Source of the DNA: Haliotis cracherodii
Lineage: Eukaryota
Length of the DNA stretch: 64,000 nucleotides
NCBI RefSeq assembly: GCF_022045235.1
Contig: NW_027266267.1
Coordinates: forward strand, 29,016,001-29,080,000
Reading direction: 5' to 3'
Within the stretch, counting starts at the first letter, position 1, and each line of letters begins with the position of its first letter. The translations under genes and the position numbers were made by a program. A model generated the notes under the pieces. That model made no database searches and had not been told where the DNA came from. It saw only the letters and a list, made by a program, of their open reading frames with translations. Shown piece by piece: positions 1 through 11,749 of this stretch.

Positions 1-1240
1 GGAACAATCAGTGCCACCATCAATACTAGTCAGCAACAATAAGTGCCACCATCAATACTAGTCAACAACAATCAGTGCCACCATCAATACTAGTCAGTAA
101 CAATTAGTGCCACCATCAATACTAGTCAGTAACAATCAGTGCCACCATCAATACTAGTCAGTAACAATTAGTGCAACCATCAATACTAGTCAGTAACAAT
201 CAGTGCCACCATTAATTCTAGTCAGCAACAATCAGTGCCACCATCAATACTAGTCAGTAACAATTAGTGCAACCATCAATACTAGTCAGTAACAATCAGT
301 GCCACCATCAATACTAGTCAGTAACAATCAGTGCCACCATTAATTCTAGTCAGCAACAATTAGTGCCACCATCAATACCAGTCAGCAACAATCAGTGCCA
401 CCGTCAACTCTTGTCAGCAACAATCAGTGCCACCGTCAATACTAGTCAGCAACAATCAGTGCCACCATCAATACTATTCAGCAACAATCAGTGCCACCGT
501 CAACTCTTGTCAGCAACAATCACTGCCACCGTCAATACTAGTCAGTAACAATCATTGCCACCATCAATTCTTGTCAGCAACAATCAGTGCCACCATCAAT
601 ACTAGTCTGTAACAATCAGTGCCACCATCAATACTAGTCAGCAACAATCAATGCCACCATTAATTCTTGTCAGCAACAATCAGTGCCACCGTCAATACTA
701 GTCAGCAACAATCAATGCCACCATTAATTCTTGTCAGCAACAATCAATGCCACCATCAATGCCTGTCAGCAACAATCAGTGCCACCATCAAAACCTGTCA
801 GCAACAATCAGTGCCATCGTCAATACCAGTCAGAAACAATCAGTGCCACCATCAATGCCAGTCAACAACAATCAGTGCCACCATCAATTCTAGTCAGTAA
901 CAATCAGTGCCAACATCAAAACATGTCAGCAACAATCAGTGCCAGCATCAATACCATACAGTAATAATCAGTGCCACCATTAATACCAGTCAGTAACAAT
1001 CAGTGCCACCTTCAATTCTAGTTAGCAACATTTAGTGCCACCGTCAATACCAGTCAGTAATAATCAGTGCCACCGTCAATACCAGTCAGTAATAATCAGT
1101 GCCACCATCAATACCAGCCAGTAATAATCAGTTCCACCATCAATACCAGTCAGTAACAATTTGTGCCACCGTCAATACTAGTCAGTTACAATCAGTGCCA
1201 CCGTCAATACTAATCAGCATCAATCAGTGCCACCGTCACC
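1..1240. repeat. 32-bp minisatellite, variant A (CAATCAGTGCCACCATCAATACTAGTCAGYAA), ~38 copies, runs off the left edge
   Basis: Unit starts at 5 and recurs at 37, with period 32 thereafter. Confidence 0.97.
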
Positions 1241-1285
1241 ACTTGTCAGCATGAGTATGTCAACATCATCACTTTTAAGCTACTT

Positions 1286-1835
1286 TCACCACCAGTCAGC
1301 AGCAATGAGCGTCACTGTCACCACCAGTCAGCAGCAATGTGTGTCACTGTCACCACCAGTCAGCAGCAATGAGTGTCACTGCCACAAGACAGCAGCAATA
1401 AGTGTCACCACCAGTCAGCAGCAATGAGTGTCACTGTCACCACCAGTCTGCAGCAATGAGTGTCACTGTCACCACCAGTCAGCAGCAATGAGTGTCACTG
1501 TCACCACCAGCCTGCGCAATGAGTGTCACTGTCACCACCAGTCAGGAGAAATGAGTGTCACTGTCACCACCAGTCTGCAGCAATGAGTGTCACTGTCACC
1601 ACCAGTCTGCAGCAATGAGTGTCACTGTCACCACCAGTCAGGAGAAATGAGTGTCACTGTCACCACCAGTCTGCAGCAATGAGTGTCACTGTCACCACCA
1701 GTCTGCAGCAATGAGTGTCACTGTCACCACCAGTCTGCAGCAATGAGTGTCACTGCCACAAGACAGCAGCAATGAGTGTCACTGTCACCACCAGTCTGCA
1801 GCAATGAGTGTCACTGTCACCATCACTCAGCAGCA
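1286..1835. repeat. 32-bp minisatellite, variant B (CAATGAGTGTCACTGTCACCACCAGTCWGCAG), ~17 copies
   Basis: Period 32; aligns ungapped to variant A at 24/32 positions. Confidence 0.95.
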
Positions 1836-2903
1836 ACTGGGATCACCATCAACACTAACACACCCTACAAACTGCCATTTTAAGCTGATACGGCACACTA
1901 CCAGAACTTTTAAACTACTGTCATTGCTGATACTAGCAATATCCCTGCTTCTACTAAGGATAATTACGCGTTTAATCACAAACGTATTGGTGTTATGATG
2001 TTACGAGTTGTATGAATTACCATAATATATTTTATTGTCATTAAGCTTTCTGATCATTAACGAACCCTGAAGACTGATAGATACTGTTTACAACACCCCA
2101 TTTAATGTATCTAAATGGAAATAAAACGGAATTACAAAATTAAAAAGGACAGTTCAAACATCACATATATTTTCAACAATTTTACTCTTGTCTCTCAAAG
2201 GTAAAAAAATATCACGTTCCCACCTCTAAATGTATTAATATACAACTCATAATTATAGTCTTACGTACATCTAAGAACATCGTGCAATGTATTGGGTTAC
2301 CTTTGAAATGCAAAAGGAAAACAGAAAAAAGGCACATGACTTATTGTCTTTTTATATATCAAAGATAACCAAAAAATATATACACTTATGTCACTGGAAG
2401 CAAGTTGTTTTTTGTCCATAATTGACAGGTGACGCTTTGTTGATGAAAAGGTGACGAGGGAGGTCTCAAAGACCGAGTCTCTTTTACAGACCACCGATCA
2501 TTTACACAGTAAAACAGTCACCTTCAATCCATTCCCATAACCCTTCTCAGCTCAGCAGCTCATACAACCCCTATTTAGCTCAGGAACTGCAGTCTCATGG
2601 GTTCATGTTTAGAATTATATTTACAACTTTGTTCAGGGACCATATGACATTCCTCCAAAGACCAAATGTTTTCTCTTTCAAATAAATCCCTTTCAACAAA
2701 TATATTTAAACTCAACATCTACACGGAATTATGGTGACAACAAGTACACTACTACCCTATCAATGACTTGCTGACTGACAACATTGTCACATCATTGTGA
2801 GGACACAGCCACGCACAGGTAACATACTGGTGTCATACAGGTAGGACACTCATTAAGATACAGCGTTTTATAGCTTCTTCTTTCGTTAGCGTTGTATACT
2901 TAC

Positions 2904-2943
2904 ACATGCCTGTCTCCGCCGGTCTGCTTGCATCCATGAACAG
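2904..2943 (-). other. Possible 40-nt internal exon, gene unknown
   Basis: Minus strand reads T-rich tract...GTTATTAG | CTGTTCATGGATGCAAGCAGACCGGCGGAGACAGGCATGT | GTAAGT. GC-rich relative to flanks and open in all three frames. No homology recognised. Confidence 0.25.
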
Positions 2944-3410
2944 CTAATAACGTGCGGCAAAATTAAAAAAAATATTGTTAATTTCGAAAAAGATAAAAAC
3001 ATGTTCAAGTACGCTTTGGTGTTCTGACATATATTATACTGTCGTCACTGTTCACTTGACAGTGGTCTATAGTTGAGTGTACATATTGTATAAACCATTG
3101 CACAGTTAGGCGCGATTGGAACCTATCCTTTACATTTCCAAACTTCTTTGATAATAAGACATATGCCCTGGTGCTCTTACATATCTTGAACTGTCTTCAT
3201 TATCACATTGACAGGTGGTCTCATAAGTGAATGTTTAAACAACTAAAGTCATATGTGTTCTCATATATATTAGTGCCAAAAGGATTGCCTTGGCAAGTGG
3301 TCTAATAATAGAATATATTTTCAATTAAAAATTTAAGCATAATTGTAAATTATCCCTTAAATATTACGAAATATTGAAACTACAAACCACATGCTATGAT
3401 GCATGCTAAT

Positions 3411-3590
3411 TTTGTGAGTGGTGTGTGCTACCGGTAGAGCAGGACATGCTTACCCTTACCGCAAACGCCTGGCGTCATCCCTGGTTTTCAGGGATCCATT
3501 CATACAATTTTCAACCCTATTTTGCTCTTTAACCCTATGGAATCTATTTTGGCAGATATCGAGGCTGATTATTATCTGGCGTTGACGTTT
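3411..3590 (+). mobile_element. Dispersed repeat with GAGCAGGACATGCTTACCCTT motif (resembles the 3' region of molluscan Penelope-like RT elements)
   Basis: Related copies at 37119-37220 (+) and 58170-58222 (-). Hairpin ATCCCTG/CAGGGAT at 3477-3495. Class assignment is from recall. Confidence 0.55.
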
Positions 3591-4099
3591 CATATCTTAA
3601 ACTGTCTTCACTATTCCCTCGACAGTGGTCCAACAAATGTGCGCAGATTGTATGTGTAGGGAGATGACACCGGCATGACACCGGGGAATGTGATTCAGTC
3701 ACACAGATACTACACACAGTATTGGATATATTCCTTGTTCTTAGTCTTATGTCAGTAATTTAATTCCGAGCAATCAATAACTGGATTTCAGTCACGTGGC
3801 ATGTCATTTTCCTCCGTCGATTTCATGGGCATACTTAGATTTTCAGGGAAAACAATGGGAGTATTTTTTTAATACAGTTTTAGAAGATTTGTTCTCAATT
3901 TTCAAAGATTAAAAAAATGTTTGTTTTTCTGTACAGTTAAAAATCAACATGATGACAGGCATTCGTGTAGAGATACATGCCTAGTGAGGTCATAACTTTT
4001 ACAGAGATATGCGATAGATATGTGCATTTATATTTATTTATATATATAAAGGATATAGGTGCTGATCTGAGCTGATCGAATTCCATACTAGTTGGTTTG

Positions 4100-4246
4100 A
4101 TGAGGATATAGTGGTTATAGCGTTCGATGCTATAGGCTTGGGTTCGATTCCCCAGATGGGAAAATGGGTGAAGCCCATTTCTAGTGATCCCCGCCGTGAT
4201 ATTGCTGGAAAAACTACTAAAAACGGCGGAAAACAATACTAACTCA
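4100..4246 (+). mobile_element. tRNA-derived SINE (family 1), decayed
   Basis: A-box remnant TAGTGGTTATAGCGTTCG, B box GGTTCGATTCCC, body GAAGCCCATTTCT..CGCCGTGATATTGCTGGAA, tail GGCGGAAAACAATACTAACTC; collinear with the copy at 35234-35402. Confidence 0.9.
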
Positions 4247-4437
4247 AAATATTTCTTCAGGATGTAGGTTCTTAAATTATTTTTACCAAACATTTCTCGA
4301 ATCGAATTTGATATTTAAGGTATGCTTTTTTCTCATAAAATGTACTTTTTGTAATTTGTAACCATGGACATTTCGATCACAATTTCCGTTTCGTTTAAAA
4401 AATGTACGTGCCATGTTTTGCAAACAGGCACTGTCAA

Positions 4438-4510
4438 AGCGAATCCATTGTTGGTATCCCCCATTAATGATATCGCTAAAATTGTGCTGAAGTTGGCTCT
4501 CACTCATCCA
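4438..4510 (+). mobile_element. SINE family 1, 3' fragment, highly decayed
   Basis: GAATCCATTGTTGGTATCCCC..TGATATCGCTAAAATTGTGCTGAAG..CTCACTCA parallels the family body and tail. Confidence 0.5.
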
Positions 4511-5263
4511 GCCACAAATGTTTCCGTATATGAACTCTGCTGTCTCTGCATTGACGATACGTTTAAGCAGTTTAGCTCGTTTATGCACAAACATAATTGC
4601 ACAATACATGAATAACGAAACATTATTTTATTTTTATTTTTTAGTTTAAGTGCAATATTTTTCGATACGAAAATGTGCTTAATTCACTAATAGATGGGGG
4701 TATATTTGCAGAAAACTACGACATCATTTAAGCTTTCAGTGACAATGAAACAATGAATTACGACATAAGTTTCAGTGAGTGAATTAAGACATATCCGGAG
4801 ACTTAACATTATTCCGTGCAAGAATACTGAAATAGAGCATACAATGACTAAAGTAAACAAGAAACCTACTCAAGTAGATAAACTTAACCTTTGACAAGAA
4901 ACTCATACAACTGTTGTTGTGACATATTTGCCTACATGTGACTAGCCATGATATGAGGTACCGTATGGCTGAAAATCACATTTTGACTTCTCATCATATA
5001 TGAAAACTATAGTATCTGAGGACAACAAAAATACACTTCATGAGCATCAATTTTTGTCATCAAACATGTGGACTCATTTTCGGCAATGTCCTATATTCAG
5101 ACGCATATGTTTACATAATGATTGCATTTTTTATATAAAATGTCTTTTTTAATGAAACTAGACATGTGTGTTGAAATGTTTTCAAATATTGTTTTTATTA
5201 CATTACGAACAAACTAGAGAAAAATAAGATAGTTCTGTACAGTCCGCACACGGGCCTTTTTTG

Positions 5264-5304
5264 CGGAAGTAAGTTGACGTCAAACGTCTTTCTTTATGAC
5301 GTCA
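5264..5304. promoter_or_regulatory. ETS core plus two perfect CRE palindromes
   Basis: CGGAAGT at 5264-5270; TGACGTCA at 5275-5282 and 5297-5304. Motif match only. Confidence 0.3.
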
Positions 5305-5542
5305 GAGCACAACTGTATCCTAGTACCCATAAGGTCCCTTTTCTTCTGGTGGGTGACATATGCTGTTGTACTTATTTAGTGAGTGAGGGACTAAGTGAAG
5401 GAAGAACGTTTCAGTTATAGCTGGGAGTGTCAGCTTCATGGAGGATAGCTTTGTATCTATTTCGGCTGTAATAGAAAGAATATTATCCATCTGCACGTAG
5501 TAATGATGATTGTTTATCAAAGAGTCTTGCTTGTGTGCAGTA

Positions 5543-5583
5543 GTGAGTAGGGTCAAACGCCATTTGAACAGTATTTCAGCCAC
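5543..5583 (-). mobile_element. SINE 3' tail fragment
   Basis: GTGAGTAGGGTCAAACGCCATTTGAACAGTATTTCAGC matches the tail at 59155-59192. Confidence 0.65.
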
Positions 5584-5602
5584 GTGCGTTTAAGCTGGTC
5601 TG

Positions 5603-5682
5603 TCAGTCCATTACTGGTGTTCCCATCTTTGATATTGCTAGAATATATTGAAATGCGGCGTAAAACCAAACTCACTCACTCG
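5603..5682 (+). mobile_element. SINE family 1, 3' half
   Basis: CCATTACTGGTGTTCCC..TGATATTGCTAGAATAT..GCGGCGTAAAACCAAACTCACTCACT. Confidence 0.85.
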
Positions 5683-7007
5683 GCGTTATATGGAAGGGGC
5701 ACAATGCGGTAGATGTCTGTCACATGTGAGATACCTACGAGAATGTTTCTGACACACCAAAAATCATAATCACATCGAATGTGGGATTTACATCCACGAT
5801 CAACGGGATCCTGAGGTTTAAAACACATACGTATGCGATGATCAACCATGATAATTCATGTAAGACGATGCATATGTCAGTTTTTCATTTCAGGGATGAA
5901 AATATATGTTGTTTACATTTTTTCGATATTTGTTCCAGATCTAAAAGTGTTTACATTACATTTCAGAGCAGAATGAAAGCTGGAATGAGAACTACAAGAA
6001 GACAATGAACTGTTTTTAAAAGGTGAGAGCGCTAACAATTTTATACTGCGGAATAGAAAATATTTAAAAAGGATGACAAAGAGACATAAAAGGTCGATCT
6101 ATCTGGAATTCATGACATCTTTTATCGATAGCAACTTCTATCAAAGACTGCCTATCAAATATCTAGATCTATCAATACAAATTAAGAATGCGTCCCACAA
6201 TTATACCACGAATGTACAATGAACTACACGTGTTTGTGCCTCAAAACCTGACTGATGGCGACACCGCCAGACAGAAGAAAATGTCAATTAAAATGTGGTC
6301 CTCAAACTAACAACTTTTTGTGAAATACTTTTCTGAAATGTACAGTAATTATTTTTAAAATGATAAAAGTTAAATTATTTTCTTATTCTGACCTATCAAC
6401 TAAGACTAACTTGTCAAAACTTAAGCAAACGGAGATGATGTTTTAAAATTCCTTGCATGAATAGCTTCGCATGAAAGGAGACAACCGCAAGTTTATGCAT
6501 TTTTAACGTCATGAAACACTCGGCGTCATATACATCATGGTTACGCGCCTGAGGTTTTTCTTTGAAGTTAGACATAATTATCGCAGATACGACATGGGAC
6601 ATTTTATCACAGCATGACTGATAACATGACATTACCATGCAACGAGGTGTCATTATAACCCTGGCATGGTTAGTTAAACATGTATATCATAGTGTGATTA
6701 CTGAACAGGGGGGTGATATACGTGTCCACTGAATCGAGGGATTGGTGATAAAATAATATAACAAGACAGAGATAGTTGTGTATTATCCAAGTGGGATCGG
6801 ATGTTGAAGTCGCGTTAAGAGCTCACATTTGGTTGGCTACGACGGAGACTAGTTAATGATACATTCAGTTGGTGTTATCGTAATATTGAAAAACTTAACT
6901 TATGTGGAACAACTATTATAACGTCAGAATCGACGTTGATTTTGACGTTTAATTTTTGTGTCATAATTTTAGAGTTGCTGTGCGCTATATGTGAATGGAA
7001 AACAATG

Positions 7008-7156
7008 TCTGTGTGTGTGGTTTGCTGCTGATGTGTGTATGTTGATGTGTGGATATCGATGTGTGTGTGTGTGTGTGTATGTGTGTGTGTGTGTGTGAGA
7101 GAGAGGGTGTGTGTGAGTATGTGTATGTCAGTGTGTGTGTTAGTGAGTGAGTGTGT
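7008..7156. repeat. (TG)n-rich microsatellite running into a gap
   Basis: Direct reading. Confidence 0.95.
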
Positions 7157-7290
7157 NNNNNNNNNNNNNNNNNNNNNNNNNNNNNNNNNNNNNNNNNNNN
7201 NNNNNNNNNNNNNNNNNNNNNNNNNNNNNNNNNNNNNNNNNNNNNNNNNNNNNNNNNNNNNNNNNNNNNNNNNNNNNNNNNNNNNNNNNN
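7157..7290. other. Assembly gap (N run)
   Basis: Ns. Confidence 1.
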
Positions 7291-7299
7291 GAGCTTGAA

Positions 7300-7420
7300 G
7301 GGGGGTCGGGTGGTCTTGCTTTGTGACTTTGTGTAATTATTTCAACCACTGGTTTGCCTCGGCTAGGTTCTATTATGTTACAACTACAATCTAGATGGAG
7401 GACGTTTCATGTAGTCACTC
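7300..7420 (+). mobile_element. SINE-like family 2, decayed fragment
   Basis: GGGGTCGGGTGGTC..GTGACTT..ACCACTGGTTTGCCT parallels GGGATCGGGTGGTC..ATCACTGGATTGTCT at 51717-51810. Confidence 0.55.
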
Positions 7421-10074
7421 TAACTTACAGAGTCCAAGAAGTGCTTAATAGTCAAACATATGTGTGAATTGTTCATGTAGAATTTTTCAAAAGATCATGA
7501 CTCATTAAATATAGTCATCCGCTTGTCCAGATGCCGCCTTGTAAATTCCAATACATGCATGCATAGTGTAGTGTGATGTAATAATGTTCGATGTGCCGGC
7601 TTGTCACGTTACAGTTGACTGTTTACACTTCGAGTGTCCCATACCAAAATACGATGGCAGCCACAATCTGATTGTCACGCACAAATATTTAACCGAAAAT
7701 GACTTTTTGTAAACTCCCCTACACCCCGTGGTTGACACGTGAATCTCTTCACGTTGCTACAGGTCATGGAACAAGGAACATCTATATCACATAAAACCGG
7801 AATAAAATGATGAGTTTGCATCAACTTACTCTCTTTTCTTTCTTTTTTCAAGATTAGAATGAATGTATTGCCAGCTTTGTAACATATACACGTATGTTTT
7901 AACCCTGTCTGTGACCCCAATAGACGTCTCGCGCATGTGTGACCTGATACAGGATACACTGTATTCCTCAGAATTAAAATGATTAAATAAATGTCAAAAC
8001 TGCATAACGATATTGCTTGTTGCCTGGCTATAAAACTATAATCTCACGACAGTTGTGAGACGAGACAATTTGACATGGTAAACCGAAGTACAGATTCAAG
8101 GTACGATATCGAAGAACTTTTTATTCTCCATTTGAAGGATATATGATTAAGTACGTTGATTTGCATGCTACCGTGCTATTTTGTTTCATTGCAATGGTCA
8201 GTGTTTGATCAGTGGTCAAACAATGTATCAAAGTAGGACATTATTACTCTATGTGGTTAATTTCAAATTCAATTTGTATATTTCATAAAGAAAAGTGAAA
8301 TGAGTATGCTTTCATCGTTGTGACTTTGGTCTTGGGGTTTTCAGTTAAATGTAATTCTGCCCCAAACGTGGCGTCTTTGTTCTTTCATTAAGTGTCAGTT
8401 TGGATGAAAATGATTGAGTGGATTTCAATTGACTGCCACAAAGACAGCAAATATCAGCGTCAATCCACACTGATAACTCCAATCCGGTTTGTCCAGGTAT
8501 ATCACAGCAGCCTGGATACACTGGAGTCCACACAAACCGGTGGCTAATGGCATGAACAACATCGTCGCCGTCGGATCACGATGAAACGCGATCACCAGGA
8601 TACTCTTTCCTCGTTTCTTAATGAAGGAGTGCGTGCGTGTTTCTTAATGAAGACGTGCGTGCGTGGCACCGATAGTGACTACAACTGACCACTACTGACC
8701 TATACCGATCTTTACTGATGAAGTGAACCAAAATCAAGATATGGCTGAGTTATTGTCACTAGTCCTATGTTTACCTTCGCTTCATGCTGTGCAAGAGCTA
8801 ACCTGCGTTTGCATGTCATGTGACCAGTGCACCTGAAGGGAGATTTTCTTAATCTGCACGTGCAAACACATGCTTTGTACAGTGGAGTGGTGTAGAACAG
8901 GTGGCATGACACGTGCATATAGTGACTGAGGGGTTAGCAAATATCTGGATGGTTTTTGACAAGGGCCGAGGAGAGATAAGGGTTCAGATTGGCCCACTAG
9001 AAACGTCACATTGTAAAATACATATGTAACTGACATATGTTATATTAAACATTATTATATTTTATACATAATATGTTCAATTGGTTGATAACCAGCTGTT
9101 TTCCTTCAATGCTTGCAAGTTGTCGACTTCTGACATGATCAAGAGCACAAAATAAACAAATCATAATGGCCGATTGTGTAAAACTTGATATGAGCTCATC
9201 GAACTATGATCAAAATCAGCTTTGGTCAAAATACTTGTTGTTGTTCAAAGATAAGAAAAAGACATATCCTCCAAACTTAAAAACATCCGCCTTCTTGACA
9301 CATTTTAACATGTGGCATGCTATATTTGTTATTTGCATTCTTATTTCATGTATATAAACAGTCAAACATTTACTAAAACATATGTATTTGAACTATTTTA
9401 TTTCTCTATCTATTCCTTTTTATATGAATATAAGCATTAGACCTACTTCAACCCTATTCATTGATTGAAAAAGCATCTATTTAAGCTGATTTTAATGAAA
9501 TGGTTTTCTTGAAATCAAAACTGTTTTTAAGTAATTTCAAAGTTTGTGCTGTAATTTACATTATTGTCAATCAAATGAACATGCCTTTGTGAAGTAAACA
9601 AGCCCAACTTGATATAATACTGCTGTATTAGGAAGCAAATGTGTTAACTTAAGGAAATTTAAAAGCCATATACTCAATAAAATCCTTTCTATCTGTTACA
9701 GTCAATCTAATGGTTGTACATAAGACACAAGAAAAAGAAAAGAATAAAACATCGAGAATCAAGTTAGAATTTCATGCTGTAATCAAAAAAACATCTATTG
9801 CTACACTTGGACTTGTGTGTTACATTCAAATAAAACTGTACAACATTGTAGAACAATATAAGTATATGTGATTGTACTAATGATAGAACACTATATTTAC
9901 CTGTGAACGTAACAGTAAATGAATGAATTAACTGGTGTCAATATAAGCATGCTTAACGTCTCTCTTACCTCAGGTTGGTGAACCATCTTTAATTTTGTCA
10001 TCTGAAAATACAAAGAAACAGTTTAATGGACATACCATAAAATGATAAATTGTGGATATTGTCTCCATATTGTC

Positions 10075-10585
10075 GTCGTCTTATTGCCGTGGTATTGCCT
10101 TGGAGACGTACCAGTGGTACTGTCGCTGATACATTGCCGTAGTATGCCTTGGAGACGTACCAGTGGTATTGTCGCTGACATATTGCCGTAGTATTGCCTT
10201 GGAGACGTACCAGTGGTACTGTCGCTGATACATTGCCGTAGTATTGCCTTGGAGACGTACCAGTAGTACTGTCGCTGACATATTGCCGTGGTATTGCCTT
10301 GGAGACGTACCAGTGGTATTGTTGCTGATACATTGCTGTAGTATTGCCTTGGAGACTTACCAGTGGTACTGTCGCTGACATATTGCCGTGCATTGCCTTT
10401 GAGACGTACCAGTGGTACTGTCGCTGACATATTGCCGTGCATTGCCTTTGAGACGTACCAGTGGTACTGTCGCTGACATATTGCCGTGCATTGCCTCAAG
10501 ACACACGAGTGGTATTGCCGTCGTCATATTGCCGTGGTATTGCTTACAAGACACACGAGTGGTATTGTCGTCGTCATATTGATGT
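10075..10585. repeat. 49-50-bp minisatellite (CTTGGAGACGTACCAGTGGTACTGTCGCTGAYAYATTGCCGTRGTATTGC), ~10 copies
   Basis: Unit starts at 10099, 10148, 10198 and onward. Confidence 0.96.
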
Positions 10586-11749
10586 GGCATTCAAGACAAA
10601 CCCCAGGAAAAGCTATCGTTTTATCCCCCTGAATGTATCACACAGGTGTTAAGTGTGAGGCAATGCTTCAGTATAGTTTACTTTTTTCAATGTATAAGAC
10701 AAACTACAACCTTATTCATAGAATTGAAAAAATAATAATTAAATCTGATTTAAATGAAATGATATATTAGAAATCATAAGAAAATATTTTTTGATCATAT
10801 ATTGCTTCATTTCGACTTGCGTGTCAAAGTAAGAAAGCACAGAATTATCGCAGTACATAAGAAACTAACAACCCAGCTGGAGAGATGCTGGCAGCGTTAT
10901 AATGGATACACTTTAGGTTTTCTATCCATCCCCAGCACAGCGTAATAATGGGGAAATAAGGTTTGCTATCAGTCCCCAGTATAGCGAGGCACTGCGTTTT
11001 ATCAATACATGGGTTGCATCCACTGTGTTTTACAGGTCTACAAAGCAAAACATCAGTCGCTCTATCTGTAATTTGTTCTGTTTGAGTAATTACAAGTTGG
11101 AAGGCAGTTTGCTATAATTACGAAAGCCGTCCCCTTTCTCATTCACAATTCAGCAAGAGCTGCCGATTGATTTTCTCATTCCGAATTTACATCGGAATAA
11201 TTCGGCCATTTCCGTTCACCTCCGGAAACAACCGAGAAACTGTGAACGACAAGGCAGCAATGTATCAGCCCAGAGAAGGCTCTTCCGTGCTGTTTGTGTA
11301 AGGGCTAGGCTGTTTAGATATGTACATTATATTCAAACTACATAAAATAGCATACTGAACATAACTGTGATTATGTTTGAGTTCTCGGTTGTTTTAGAGT
11401 TACCTGCCCTAGACATTTCGCGACTGGGATGAAGTTACTGTATCGGCTCGAAATCATATTATTTTAACTCTTAGTGAAATATTTAGGTTTTTTTTATATT
11501 AGTCTACAAGTAAAATATTTTATAGTAGTACTGGATGAAGAAAAACTAGTCATATTCCGACTGGTACATGTGCACAGAAATGTGATGTTGCTTTCCATGG
11601 GTGAAGGTCGTTTGATAATGCTGAGACATTCATTCAGCCGCATGTCAACCTTCTCGTGACTGCCTCACATGTGCGCCGTGCCTGTCATCTTCAGTTATCG
11701 CTACCACACGTTACACGCAGACGCTGTGGCAGTACGAAAGCATGTAAGA

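Noticed and set aside
5320-5583. 87-aa minus ORF; an alternative frame gives RNRYKAILH, reminiscent of the PTP KNRY loop
   Set aside because: The ORF starts inside a SINE tail, and the motif is followed by a stop within 9 codons.
5968-6022. Plus-strand exon with good acceptor and GTGAGA donor
   Set aside because: Stops in all three frames and no supporting neighbours.
7035-7349. ORFs containing X runs (also near 15.8, 50.8, 51.5 and 62.8 kb)
   Set aside because: Artefacts of translating across N-gaps.
8345-9036. Short ORFs and a possible 58-nt minus-strand exon near 8775-8832
   Set aside because: No recognisable domain, and the splice signals are only moderate.
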